Assembly: GCA_045046875.1 (NCBI GenBank)
Contig: JASFYY010000116.1
Span: forward strand, 1 to 46,116
DNA: 46,116 nt
Direction of reading: 5' to 3'
From: Verrucomicrobiota bacterium
GTDB taxonomy: Bacteria; Verrucomicrobiota; Verrucomicrobiia; Verrucomicrobiales; DEV007
Shown here: positions 37,101-46,116 of the stretch, piece by piece
How the letters are laid out: every line of letters begins with the position of its first letter
Position numbering within the stretch: position 1 is the stretch's first letter
The notes under the pieces: model-generated
What the model was told of the DNA's origin: nothing
Seen by the model: only the letters and a program-made list of their open reading frames with translations
The model's database searches: none
Translations under genes and position numbers: made by a program

Positions 37101-40027
37101 CCGCTGAGGGTGAGAGAGCTAGCGCCGGTTTTGGTGAGGCTACCCGGGCCGCCAATAACACCGCTGTGCGTGAGGGCCGCGTCGGTCTGGAAGGTGCCGC
37201 CTGCGGCGTTGAGAGTGATGCCGCGTGCGGCGGAAAAAGCCGCCGTGTTTTGTAGCGTCGCACCGTCGATAATGAAACCGCCAGACGAGTCGCCGAGGTT
37301 GTTGTCCGCGCTCACGCTTAGGATACCGTCGTTGAGCCGGGTGCCGCCAAGGTAGCTGTTGTTACCACTGAGGGTGAGCGTGCTAGCGCCGGTTTTGGTG
37401 AGGCTACCCGCACCACCAATGATGCCACTGTGCATGAGGTTCGCACCGGTCCGAAAAGTGCCGCCTGCGGCGTTGAGTGTCGTGGCGCGCGTCATGGAAA
37501 AAGCCGCTGTATTTTGTAGCGTCGCGCCGTTGAAGGTCAAACCGCCGGACGAGTCGCCGAGGTTGTTGTCCGCGCTCACGCTTAGGGTACCGCCGTTGAG
37601 CAGGCTGCCGCCAAGGTAGCTGTTGCTGCCACTGAGGGTGAGCGTGCTAGAGCCAGTTTTGGTGAGGCTGCCCGAACCGCTAATAACACCGCTGTGGGTG
37701 AGATCCGCTCCGGTCAGGAAAGTGCCACCTGCGGCGTTTAGAGTGATGGCGCGCGCGGTGGAAAAAGCTGCGGTGTTTTGCAGCGTGCCACCGTCGAAGG
37801 TCAAACTGCCAAACGAGTTGCCGAGAGTGTTGTCCGCGCTCACGCTTAGGGTGCCGCCGTTGAGTTGGGTGTCGCCAAGGTAACTATTGTTGCCGATGAG
37901 GGTGAGCGTGCTAGCGCCGGTCTTAGTGAGGCTACCCGCACCGCTAATAACGCCGCTGTGCGTGAGATCCGCTCCGGTCTGGAAGGTGCCACCTGCGGCG
38001 TTGAGAGTGGTGACGCGCGCGGTAGAAAAAACCACGGTGTTTTGCAGCGTGCCACCGCCGAAGATCAAATCGCTGGATGAATCACCAAGGTTGTTGTCTG
38101 CGCTCACGCTCAGGATGCCGCCATTGATCCGGGTATCGCCAAGGTAGCTGTTGCTGCCGCTCAAAACCAAGGTGCCCGAGCCATATTTTTCTAAAGAAGT
38201 TCCGCCGGCCAGTCCGCCCCTGATTTCCCCGGAGAAATTTCCCGCTCGCAGCCGCAGCGTGCTGCCAATCGTATTGCTGCTCAGATCCACTTTGCCCAGG
38301 CCGCTGCCGTTGTCACCTAAGCTGGCGATGGTCTCGGAGACATCGCTGCTTACTCCAACTTGAAATTTCCCATCGTCAATGAGGGTGACGGTAGCGCTAT
38401 CCGCGATTTGCTCTCGGGCAACAATAACCAACAGTCCACCACCATTGATAGTAACATCACCGGCGATGGCAATTGAGTTATTACTCTTATTAAGGGACAG
38501 GCTCACGCCCTGCCCAACCACGGTGTCTCCAGCGTAATTATTAGCCAGTGTGCCATCGAGTTGAAAAAACACCGTATTAGGTTGAGGCAGCCCAAGGTCG
38601 GAGGCGAAAGTCAGACCGCCGTTGGAAATCACGCCACCGATATTGACCTGCCCGGATTCGGAGGCATTAAAGTCCATCGTATTGGTGATGACCCGGTTGC
38701 CACCGCCAAGATCCATATTGCCGTCAAGTTCAAAAGCCGTGCTGTTGAATAAGGTTCCACCGGGGAAAATATTAAAGTTCCCGTTGAGCAGGATGTCATT
38801 GGTGATGCGACGGGGAGCGGTGGAGCTGAGAGTGGTGCCGTTTCCGATCGTAAGCGTGCCGCTGCCGAGAGCGTTGTTGTTATCTACAACCAGGGTACCC
38901 TGACTCAGGGTTGTGCCGCCGCTGTAGCTGTTGTTACCGGAAAGAATCAACGTACCGGCACCGATTTTTTCCAATGGACGGGCACCGCCGATTTCGCTGA
39001 TGATGCCGGACTGCGTGGCACTGCCGGTATTGACTCGCACTTGCGTGCCGTTGGAGTTGAGAACGATGGAGTTTGCGATAGCGAGGCCGTCGGCGTATTT
39101 GATGACCGATGATCCGGTGGTGGTGATCGCTCCGGTTCCGACCGCATTATTATGTGCCAGAGAAAGGGTGCCTGCCTGCACGGTTGTGCCTCCTAAGTAG
39201 CTGCTACTCGCCGAGAGAGTGAGGGTGCCAAGGCCTTGCTTGGTCAAGGCTCCGGTGCCGGTAATAGATTCGTCGATCCCGATATTGAAGCCGTCGGTAT
39301 CGATGAAGCCGCCGCCGCCATTGAGGGTCACCGTCACGGTGCCAAGAGCATCGGCTTGGAAAAAATCAGACTCATTGCCAAACGCACGCAAGATGCCGCC
39401 ATCAAAATCGATGATACCAAAATCGGAAGAGGTTTTCGTTTGCCGCAACTGCATCACACCACGATTTCCTGCCGTTCCGTTGAGAATGAGCTTGCCGGTG
39501 CTCACTCCCGTGGTGGGATTGACGGCGTTGTCCCCCCCTAGAAAAACAGCTCCATTTAATATGCGCAATTCCCCCCCGTTCTCTACGGTCACCGTGCCAG
39601 TGGTGTCATTGGCTGTAGTACCTTGGCCAATGCCGAGCGGAACTGTAGCCGAAATGATCACTAGGCTTCCCGTGCCATTGATCGTCATACCGGAATTCGA
39701 AGGACTGGGTCCGCCCCCGACCGAAGATCTGCCGGCGCTCAAGGTTGAACCATTGCTGACGGTAAGTGTAGAAAAGTCGTTGACTATTAGAAATGAGGTG
39801 TTTCCAGCACCTGAATCCAACACAACCACGCCATTGTTATTAATGAATGCGCTTACCGTCGCGCTGGGCAATCCCGCAGTCCAGTTACCACCGTCCTGCC
39901 ACTTATCGTCGACCGCCCCAGTCCAAGAAGTCTGTGAATAGCTGTTTTCTTGCCAAACTAATAGTATCAGCATGACGCACAAAGCTTTGACGATGCCGCT
40001 GAAAATTTTGTTGTTTTCCATATTCAT
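34181..40027 (-). CDS. Type Va autotransporter with passenger-associated beta-strand repeats (adhesin-like)
   Basis: Signal peptide; many LTKxGxxTLxLSGxNSYxGGT repeats; PGNSPGTLTI; C-terminal beta-barrel ending LEWRF. Confidence 0.95.
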   Translation of the reverse strand: MNMENNKIFSGIVKALCVMLILLVWQENSYSQTSWTGAVDDKWQDGGNWTAGLPSATVSAFINNNGVVVLDSGAGNTSFLIVNDFSTLTVSNGSTLSAGRSSVGGGPSPSNSGMTINGTGSLVIISATVPLGIGQGTTANDTTGTVTVENGGELRILNGAVFLGGDNAVNPTTGVSTGKLILNGTAGNRGVMQLRQTKTSSDFGIIDFDGGILRAFGNESDFFQADALGTVTVTLNGGGGFIDTDGFNIGIDESITGTGALTKQGLGTLTLSASSSYLGGTTVQAGTLSLAHNNAVGTGAITTTGSSVIKYADGLAIANSIVLNSNGTQVRVNTGSATQSGIISEIGGARPLEKIGAGTLILSGNNSYSGGTTLSQGTLVVDNNNALGSGTLTIGNGTTLSSTAPRRITNDILLNGNFNIFPGGTLFNSTAFELDGNMDLGGGNRVITNTMDFNASESGQVNIGGVISNGGLTFASDLGLPQPNTVFFQLDGTLANNYAGDTVVGQGVSLSLNKSNNSIAIAGDVTINGGGLLVIVAREQIADSATVTLIDDGKFQVGVSSDVSETIASLGDNGSGLGKVDLSSNTIGSTLRLRAGNFSGEIRGGLAGGTSLEKYGSGTLVLSGSNSYLGDTRINGGILSVSADNNLGDSSSDLIFGGGTLQNTVVFSTARVTTLNAAGGTFQTGADLTHSGVISGAGSLTKTGASTLTLIGNNSYLGDTQLNGGTLSVSADNTLGNSFGSLTFDGGTLQNTAAFSTARAITLNAAGGTFLTGADLTHSGVISGSGSLTKTGSSTLTLSGSNSYLGGSLLNGGTLSVSADNNLGDSSGGLTFNGATLQNTAAFSMTRATTLNAAGGTFRTGANLMHSGIIGGAGSLTKTGASTLTLSGNNSYLGGTRLNDGILSVSADNNLGDSSGGFIIDGATLQNTAAFSAARGITLNAAGGTFQTDAALTHSGVIGGPGSLTKTGASSLTLSGSNSYLGGTQLNGGILSVSADNNLGDSSGSLIFGGGTLQNTAVFSTARATTLNAAGGTFQTGAVLTYSGIISGAGSLTKTGASTLILSGSKTYLGGTRLNGGILSVSADNSLGDLSGALTFGGGTLQNTAAFSTARATTLNAAGGIFQSGANLIHSGVIGGVGSLTKTGASTLILSANNAYSGGTTINSGTLRTTSLTALGNGSVVHNAGTLDPVGTLNTGAFTWNGGTIATDIGTTTDFIDATGSLSLGAPGEFDFTKVAGFSNNTFYKIFNADNLGVFDPAADFFGNALLGLDPIFSITGNDLFVNFLGTPFFAGAILQNSAPVGIPTFSDFIVNGAVTTGTPTENNIINGLIFNPSSSLRVFNTLTVTSGRFTVNAGTGTISGGRVVVPGDFNKDGAGKLILNDTVSVAGAARVKAGSLYVNGTFTTGGGLTVFQNALLGGSGIINGNVVNNGTVNPGNSPGTLTINGNFTQSSSGTLQIEVASPSVFDRLVVRDNAALAGTLQAINFAGNQLDYGQQLDFLQAGSISGDFDRILMPDPDRFRGRFLAEGGTGTLLVAPTSYTLVAETANQRSVARALDSYISERGNDRETVSIALDIQSEGQYAAAFDAITPAFYENLTDIIVEQAVAHNQMLVQRMSAIRLGSRGFSAIGIEASPLRYDRSGKDVMGGKESGPISAAHAPRWSTWVQASGIFAKLSNTSQMPSLNFQTGGVLIGADHTFGESVDAGSGAQDQKLTVGAYIGYDYTWIDNAGDSNSRISSALFGAYAIYENGGFYAETILGGGHNDYRMRRSIAFSTVDRTARSSPDGGQFNAYQDLGYDWRAGGFTIGVLAGSQYTYAGISSFSENGAESLDLRLDRQEVNSIRTNIGGRIAYAWDLGPNLVVIPELRVFWQHEFLQDSREIGTTLDGGKGSSFDYETEALGQDGIQAGAGVSARFSRDWSAYLYYNTNFARQDYLSHSVSTGLEWRF
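36575..38158 (-). repeat. Six tandem 264-bp (88-aa) repeats in the autotransporter passenger
   Basis: Unit GxNSYLG...SVSADNNLGD...TLQNT...LNAAGG...SLTKTGASTLxL occurs six times with an exact 264-bp period. Confidence 0.95.
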
Positions 40028-40102
40028 GTGAATTTATCTAGAGCCAGTCAAAAAAGGCGAGCGAGCGCTAATAGAGATCTTAAAAAATAACTTCCCTGAT
40101 CC

Positions 40103-41197
40103 CTATCTGAAAATCCTCGGCACAAAATCTGCAAGGTAACCACGCCAAACCGGCCAGCTGTGCGTTCCCTCCGTCACCATCCACTCGTGCTTGATTCCGC
40201 TCTTGTTTAACGCAGCAACAAACTCCTTGTTCTCCCCCAGCAAAAAATCCTCTTTTCCACAGGCGATCCAGAGCAGCTTCAGTTGCTCGTTCGTTTTGGC
40301 GGAATCGGCCAGCGCGATTTTTACCGCATCCTGTTCCGGCACCGCAGCACTGAAAGCCCCCACCCAGGCGAAATGGTCCAACTCGTTCAGTCCAATTGTC
40401 AGTGAATGCAACCCACCCATCGATAGACCGACAATAGCGCGATTCTCACGACCTGGCTTCACCCGATAGAGTTTCTCCACCATCGGCAGGGCGGCTTCCA
40501 TCAAATCGCGACGCAACTCCTCGGTGTTCGCCGGATCCCGTCCGTTCCCATAGGATTCCGGGATCGGATGACCGTCCGCCATCAGCACGATCATCGGTTT
40601 CGCTTTGCCGGAAGCAATCAGATTATCGAGAATCCAATGCGCTTTTCCGTAACCCGTCCAGGAAGCGAAGCTGTCGCTGTGACCATGTTGCAAAACCAGT
40701 AGCGGGTAATCCTCTTTGCTCGTTTCATAACCCGGAGGGGTGTAGACCTGTATCTCTCGAACCTTATTAATCGGCTTGGAATGATAACCGTGATAATGAA
40801 CTGTGCCGTGTGGCACCTTGAGGAAATCATAAGTCGCGGTGCCTGGAATATAGAGAATGCTGGTTTTCGGAGAACGCCCGGGTTTGAGACTCATGTTTCC
40901 GGGATCAAGCATGCTCACTCCATCGATATTAATACTGTAACCATAAAGCCCCGGCTTAACCGATTGCAAAGTCACACTCCAAATGCTATCACCGTCACGC
41001 GTCATGATGTGCTTGCCCGCTTCACCCGTGACCGAAACCTTCGTTGCATTCGCCGCCTTGATTCGAAAAGTGACCCTGCCATCGTCGTGAATCGTGGGCG
41101 ATGTGATGGGACCGCCTTTCTTTTTCTGCGCCTCCACCGAAGTGAAAGGCAAAGCCAGAATGACAAGAACAAGGATGAAGCAGTAGCTGAAATTCAT
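40103..41197 (-). CDS. Exported esterase (E-set/CBM48-like N-domain plus CE1-like alpha/beta hydrolase)
   Basis: VTFRIKA, VPHGTV, VYTPPGY, nucleophile GLSMGG and GTHSWPVWR. Confidence 0.92.
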   Translation of the reverse strand: MNFSYCFILVLVILALPFTSVEAQKKKGGPITSPTIHDDGRVTFRIKAANATKVSVTGEAGKHIMTRDGDSIWSVTLQSVKPGLYGYSINIDGVSMLDPGNMSLKPGRSPKTSILYIPGTATYDFLKVPHGTVHYHGYHSKPINKVREIQVYTPPGYETSKEDYPLLVLQHGHSDSFASWTGYGKAHWILDNLIASGKAKPMIVLMADGHPIPESYGNGRDPANTEELRRDLMEAALPMVEKLYRVKPGRENRAIVGLSMGGLHSLTIGLNELDHFAWVGAFSAAVPEQDAVKIALADSAKTNEQLKLLWIACGKEDFLLGENKEFVAALNKSGIKHEWMVTEGTHSWPVWRGYLADFVPRIFR

Positions 41198-41357
41198 GAT
41201 GGAAATTGTAACTATTCACGCAGTGGAAAAACAGCCGGAGCGGTTACCCTACAGTAAGCTCACTTGAAGGGGGATGCAAAATTGTAGGGCGACCGCTTCG
41301 ATTGCCTAGCTGTATCTATATGAAAATCAAGTGATAACAAATGAAATTGTTAGCTGA

Positions 41358-42179
41358 TCATTGGCTCCGGACTTTTAGAATCGGAGTCAGATACTTAGCT
41401 GTCTCAACAGCGATGACATTATACCCTGCCAAATTCGGATGGCGATCACCCGTCCAACCGGGAAGATGGCCAAAAAGCGCATCGAGTTCATTATCCATGA
41501 TCTCCACTCTTCCGCCGTTGACTCGTGGTTTTAACCATTCGTGGAAGGACTCGGGAATTTTATCCAGGGGATAACGACGGTAATTAAGCATGTTCGGGCC
41601 ATTTTCCAGAGCCTTTGCGTAGCCTGGATAAATGTCGAAAACTTTGAGCTTTTCCGCTTTCGCCACTTGGCGAACCAAGTCGTTTATTTCTTTACTGGCT
41701 TCCTCGTTTGAGAATGGAATGACCGTTGTCGGAATGATCAATGCCTGGGGGTGATCCTTGTGCAGAATTTTGATCAGCTCATGAAAGTCCTTGGGGAAAT
41801 TTTCGCTAAAGTCTTTTATTTTCGCCCGGTCATTGAGCCCATAACGAACAAAAATATAATCAATGCCCGGCAACTTGGCTCCGTTTTTCTGATACCTCCC
41901 CTTGTCGAGCAAACGCCGGATGTATTCCCCACTCTGACTTGAATTGATAACATGACAAGCCGGCAGCCCCTCTTCTGCCGCGAGCAGCTTCTCAAGAACC
42001 TGCTCAAGATGCGGCCCCTCCGGCTTTAATCGGCGCGGAACCGAGCCCTCGGTGGTGCTGTCACCCAATAGAAGAATTTGAACTTTCCCTTCATGCTCGC
42101 CTCGAACTGGAAGCGAGGAAATAAGAGCGATGAAAATTAGTAAACAGGCGGATGTCAAATGTTTCATAAAGGGATGCAT
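41358..42179 (-). CDS. SGNH/GDSL hydrolase
   Basis: LLGDST, YGLND and DRHPNLAGY; signal peptide. Confidence 0.9.
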   Translation of the reverse strand: MHPFMKHLTSACLLIFIALISSLPVRGEHEGKVQILLLGDSTTEGSVPRRLKPEGPHLEQVLEKLLAAEEGLPACHVINSSQSGEYIRRLLDKGRYQKNGAKLPGIDYIFVRYGLNDRAKIKDFSENFPKDFHELIKILHKDHPQALIIPTTVIPFSNEEASKEINDLVRQVAKAEKLKVFDIYPGYAKALENGPNMLNYRRYPLDKIPESFHEWLKPRVNGGRVEIMDNELDALFGHLPGWTGDRHPNLAGYNVIAVETAKYLTPILKVRSQ

Positions 42180-42568
42180 GATCCCAATCTAACGAAATTA
42201 CCCTGCTTGGCGACGGAAAGATTCCTCCTGCGAAGAATAAGTTGTTCAGTAGAGCAGAGATCCACTCTCCCCAGCTTCAAAACCTTCACTGCTCGAAAAA
42301 TTCCGTTTAACCGTATAACTGAGATCAGATTGACAACCTTTCACCTTCAGAGCATTTTAAATGCTCATTCCCATACAGAAATCGGATGTAAAACGCCTTG
42401 CATATCAATGGTTTCTATAGCTCGACTAACCACCTAAAATGGCCGCCACCCTAAATCCACAATGTGATTCCCATATCCCGCTCAGCATTTGAATGGCATT
42501 TACTCTTTAACAGGCAAGTTGTTTTCGACAGTAAATATATCTTATTCAGATAGCTCTAACTCCTAACT

Positions 42569-44407
42569 TCACTTGGATAAACTGTTAATAATTTCATCCA
42601 GTTTGAGTCGCAATTCCTGATCCTTTTCCTGAACTCTGATTTTTTGGAATCGTTTTAAATCTTTTGGGGAGGCCGCTTTCTCAACTGCTTCCAGTGCGAA
42701 GCGCTTCTCCCCAACAGAACCTGTCTCAATAAAATCGAATAACAGCGACTTCCCGCTTTGGTTTTTTTCATCGCCGCAAAGAGCCGCTGCCGCCTGCAAC
42801 CGGGTAAACCGGGTATTATTTGCCGACAACTCAGTTAGATGCCTTTGTTGAGCAACTCTTGAACTCTCGACATTTTCTATAACTCTTTCAATGAGCTGAC
42901 GAATAGCCAGATTGACATCTTCATCATCAAAAGTGGTGGGAATAAAACGATCTTTTTCACCATACACCTTGGCCATCACATCGTATTTTCCGCTATGTGA
43001 GACATAACCGGCACCCGCATTAATAGACGCATACTGAACAGCAAAAACTTCATCATCCAGCCCGCCGAGTAAAATCTTTTCCGTCCGTTCATCAACGCTG
43101 TTACCCAAAGCCGTCACAGCAAATAACCTTATCACAGGTGAAGAATCACGGGATAATTCAATCAAAGCAGACACATAATCCGGCGATGGCTGATTTGCAG
43201 AAATCACATTCAGATCGAAAGCGTGATCCTCACTCAGATAAATCATGGCAAGCAGCTTTTTGTGGAGTTTTGTGCTGGTGAGATATTTTATTAGCTCAGA
43301 ATTAAATTCTTTTCCGTCGCCCGACTCCATATACTGCTTCATAAGCAATTCAAGCAGGGCGCTGAATTCCGGATCTGAGCCCAGGTTTTTTCCTTCAACT
43401 GTTTTCAGTTTATCCCAAATCAAAGGCTCTCTCCTCTCCAACTTACCAATCACAATTTTCAACGCTTCTTGACTAAGCGGAATATCAAATTGCTTAATTG
43501 CTGCAATCCGCACCCCTTCATCCTTGTTATCTAAAAGCTTGATCAAAACATCCGGACTAATATGAGCCAGGCTACCAACAATTGCATCAACATCATATTG
43601 GCGTTCTGCAAGCAGTCGAAGCAATGGGGTGCCAGCCTCTTTCGAACCAAGCTTCCCTAAAGCAGCTATCGCGACATTGACAATTCGAGAATCATCCGAG
43701 TCGAGAAGACTCAATAAAGTCTGTTTTGCAGCATCATGCTCAAGATAGCCCAGAGCCTCGATTCGTTTGAACTGCTCAAACTTCAATGAATCATCCAATT
43801 TTGTCAGAATTCGAGCTGTTGCTTTCTGCTTTTGATCAGTACTTTTGCACACGCGCGCTGTTTCCAGAGCCTGCAATCGGACCAGAACATTTTCATCGTC
43901 GAAACACCTGATCACAGCTTCTATTGTCTGGTCTGACAATTCAGGGAACTTTGCCAGGGTGAACAACGCATCTACTTTTACAGCACTGTTTTTGTCGGTC
44001 AAAAGATCCGCCAAAAGCTCTTCAAATTCCGGATCGCCTAATGAACCACTCAAGACAGCTGATATAGCTCGAACTTTCGCGCTAGGCCCTTTCATTAGAA
44101 TCTTAGCTCTCGCGGCAATAGTCCGCTTAAGTTGTTGATCATCCGTTCCAGGTAAGTCATTTTTAATCAGATAAGCAATCCCCAGGTAACAAGCATCGGG
44201 ATCATCAGAATTCATTAATTCGATATAATCATCCGTGTCATAACCCGGTATGTCGATCATAACATATCGTTTCTCGAATAGAAGATCTTCCTCCTGGCAG
44301 CCTATCAGGACAAATGCCATTAAACATACGATAATGATTTTCTTCACCAGACTGGTAAGCACCTTACCTGATCCTGAAGATTGATTTAAATCTAATTCGT
44401 AGTTCAT
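42569..44407 (-). CDS. HEAT-repeat protein, probable lipoprotein
   Basis: Repeated LxDxxxxVRxxAxxAL units; hydrophobic stretch ending LIGC. ATG 44407 preferred over TTG 44461. Confidence 0.85.
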   Translation of the reverse strand: MNYELDLNQSSGSGKVLTSLVKKIIIVCLMAFVLIGCQEEDLLFEKRYVMIDIPGYDTDDYIELMNSDDPDACYLGIAYLIKNDLPGTDDQQLKRTIAARAKILMKGPSAKVRAISAVLSGSLGDPEFEELLADLLTDKNSAVKVDALFTLAKFPELSDQTIEAVIRCFDDENVLVRLQALETARVCKSTDQKQKATARILTKLDDSLKFEQFKRIEALGYLEHDAAKQTLLSLLDSDDSRIVNVAIAALGKLGSKEAGTPLLRLLAERQYDVDAIVGSLAHISPDVLIKLLDNKDEGVRIAAIKQFDIPLSQEALKIVIGKLERREPLIWDKLKTVEGKNLGSDPEFSALLELLMKQYMESGDGKEFNSELIKYLTSTKLHKKLLAMIYLSEDHAFDLNVISANQPSPDYVSALIELSRDSSPVIRLFAVTALGNSVDERTEKILLGGLDDEVFAVQYASINAGAGYVSHSGKYDVMAKVYGEKDRFIPTTFDDEDVNLAIRQLIERVIENVESSRVAQQRHLTELSANNTRFTRLQAAAALCGDEKNQSGKSLLFDFIETGSVGEKRFALEAVEKAASPKDLKRFQKIRVQEKDQELRLKLDEIINSLSK

Positions 44408-44559
44408 GGGTTTTGTTGGTGGAATTGGATACAATTTCAAGCTCAGGGCAGAGTCTAACAAACCAGAGCCTCATTCGCTAAATCAAAAAAACCAATGGAA
44501 TCATCGAGTGGAACGATGCTTATGAAGCTGCGCTTACTGCCGCGGATGTGTTGAGTGCC

Positions 44560-44928
44560 TTATTCCACTTCATCGATTTTTCGCAGGCAGAATATTTGAA
44601 TCGATGGAACAAAAATCTCCTTCAATAATTCATGTATCACCTTCGAGTTCTTCAATGAACCTTCCGACGCAATGAAAATCCCGCCAGGGTTGCCGAAAAG
44701 ATGCAACGCATCAGCCATCTTCTTGACTTCATTGATCGACCGCTTCATGGGTCGCGTCTTTTTATCCGGCAAACCTTTCGTCAATAACAACAAGCCGTAT
44801 ATTGTGATGTGCTCGTTCTTGTGAATATGAATACTAAAACCGTTATACGGATTATCCCAAGAAGTAAGCATCTCAGTCGGTTTATTGGATAACAACATGA
44901 TTGGCGCGACTTGAACCACATTTTTCAT
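44560..44928 (-). CDS. Hypothetical protein (possibly a gene fragment)
   Basis: 122-aa ORF with ATGA overlap on the sialidase-like gene; AT-richer; no recognised motif. Confidence 0.5.
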   Translation of the reverse strand: MKNVVQVAPIMLLSNKPTEMLTSWDNPYNGFSIHIHKNEHITIYGLLLLTKGLPDKKTRPMKRSINEVKKMADALHLFGNPGGIFIASEGSLKNSKVIHELLKEIFVPSIQIFCLRKIDEVE

Positions 44929-46076
44929 TTTTCAGTCAGCGGCGGCTTCGCAGGCAGACGCGCGCCGTAATAAACCGCCTGATGACGATTGTCATCAAAA
45001 GCAAAGTTCAGTCGTTTCCCGTCAGCACTGACAAAACCATCCGGGTAATTGAGCCGCCCCCCTTTGTCGATAGATTCTGCAACGAGCACCCGGCGGTAAG
45101 GCCAGGTCTTAAGGCCGTCATAGCTGATCCAAAGTGATAGCGGACTGCGGTGTTTGGGATTGGGGTTGTGCAGCAAGGCCACCGTATCACCGCCCAATCC
45201 GTAAAGCGTCGCCTTCGATCCGGGATTGGGAATGTCTGTCTTGCGTGCCATTTCCGGCCAGGTGAGTCCGCCGTCAGTGGATTCCGCATAATAAAGCACC
45301 CCGCCCAAACCATCGCCCCGAATGATCATGGCGATCTTACCATCCGCAAGCTCGACAATATTATTCTCAGCCCAGCCAGAGTAGTTGTCGTTTTTGCTCA
45401 GGCGTATGTCACCATGCACGGTCCAGGTTTCCCCACCATCCTTACTGATAATGACCCCATTGCGAGGGTTACGCGGGGTGTGAAACATCCGCCCCTTGGA
45501 GATCTCCCTAGCCTTCGCGTCTGTACGTTTATAATGCTGGTAAGGCATCATCAAACGACCATCTTTTGTCACAATATGATTACGGATAAAAGTACGCTCC
45601 GCGGTTCGACCTGGCGTTGGAGTTAATTTCGACCAGCTACGCCCCGAATCATCGCTGTGAGTAAAAAAAGTTTTCCAGTCACCAAAACCACCGTTGTGAG
45701 TTGACACCACCATGGTACAACGATCCCCCCTGATCATAAGTTCGCTCGGAACCAATGCGCGATGGCTGTCCTTCGCTTTGACACCCAACTCAACAGGCGT
45801 GACTGGCGACCAGCTCCCGCCCTCGTCGTTACTGCGCGATATACCGATGCGGTTAGCCGGCAATGGCTCCGTATGGCCGAAACACAACATAATCATGGCC
45901 CAGGAACCGTCGGGCATTTTCCGAAGTGTGGTATCACAGGCCAGGCGATCATCTCCACCGCCGGCGAAAATTATTGTTTTATGATCTTCCTTTGCGTCAT
46001 CTGACGGCCCGGCATTTGCGGTAAAAACAATGCTCGCACTGAGCCATACAATTCCGAGGGAGTGGATAAGTTTCAT
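44925..46076 (-). CDS. Exported sialidase-like BNR/Asp-box protein
   Basis: Asp boxes [32 protein letters not shown] and [13 protein letters not shown] and YPD motifs. Confidence 0.9.
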   Translation of the reverse strand: MKLIHSLGIVWLSASIVFTANAGPSDDAKEDHKTIIFAGGGDDRLACDTTLRKMPDGSWAMIMLCFGHTEPLPANRIGISRSNDEGGSWSPVTPVELGVKAKDSHRALVPSELMIRGDRCTMVVSTHNGGFGDWKTFFTHSDDSGRSWSKLTPTPGRTAERTFIRNHIVTKDGRLMMPYQHYKRTDAKAREISKGRMFHTPRNPRNGVIISKDGGETWTVHGDIRLSKNDNYSGWAENNIVELADGKIAMIIRGDGLGGVLYYAESTDGGLTWPEMARKTDIPNPGSKATLYGLGGDTVALLHNPNPKHRSPLSLWISYDGLKTWPYRRVLVAESIDKGGRLNYPDGFVSADGKRLNFAFDDNRHQAVYYGARLPAKPPLTEK

Positions 46077-46116
46077 CTAAGTGCAACCATACAAGCTTCG
46101 AACATACCAGGTCAAT

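Noticed and set aside
36575..38158. CRISPR array or diversity-generating retroelement
   Set aside because: The units are contiguous coding repeats without unique spacers, and the window has no cas or reverse transcriptase gene.
34739..39941. Plus-strand ORFs over the autotransporter, including five periodic 86-aa ORFs
   Set aside because: Antisense reflections of the repeat-rich passenger; their 264-bp period is explained by the minus-strand repeats.
28170..42477. 16-bp match ATGTGATTCCC(G/A)TATC at 28170-28185 and 42462-42477
   Set aside because: Too short, and the similarity does not extend; cannot be separated from chance.
42180..44560. Integron cassette array (attC sites) around the AT-rich solitary genes
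   Set aside because: Isolated YTAAC words occur, but I found no paired R''/R' boxes with a stem, and no tyrosine integrase is present.

Overview
A 46 kb mosaic accessory region, probably from a PVC-superphylum (Verrucomicrobiota-like) bacterium. That assignment is inferred from a DUF1501 gene, a PQQ-type beta-propeller, an SHD1-like domain, a repeat-rich autotransporter and A-rich leaders lacking a Shine-Dalgarno site. The left end (1-5900) holds decayed integrase-core (DDE) insertion elements, a lactonase, a DUF2950-like gene and a blaI-blaR1(M56) pair with two operator palindromes. The standout is a compact nine-gene minus-strand operon (5975-16741). In transcription order it encodes SBP-OmpA, a vWA lipoprotein, a TM-anchored SBP-OmpA, a 2TM helical protein, a PspA/IM30 (ESCRT-III-like) protein, a urea-carboxylase/guanidine-type ABC importer (SBP, permease, ATPase) and a tandem-domain classical AAA+ ATPase. 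It is a candidate envelope-sensing and membrane-remodelling system. The remainder is mostly solitary exported enzymes, plus a divergent ADP-ribosylglycohydrolase, an autotransporter with six 264-bp repeats and a HEAT-repeat lipoprotein. Several dispersed 50-60 bp intergenic repeats were found by eye. No rRNA, tRNA or CRISPR array was seen. Family calls come from motif recognition, not database searches.
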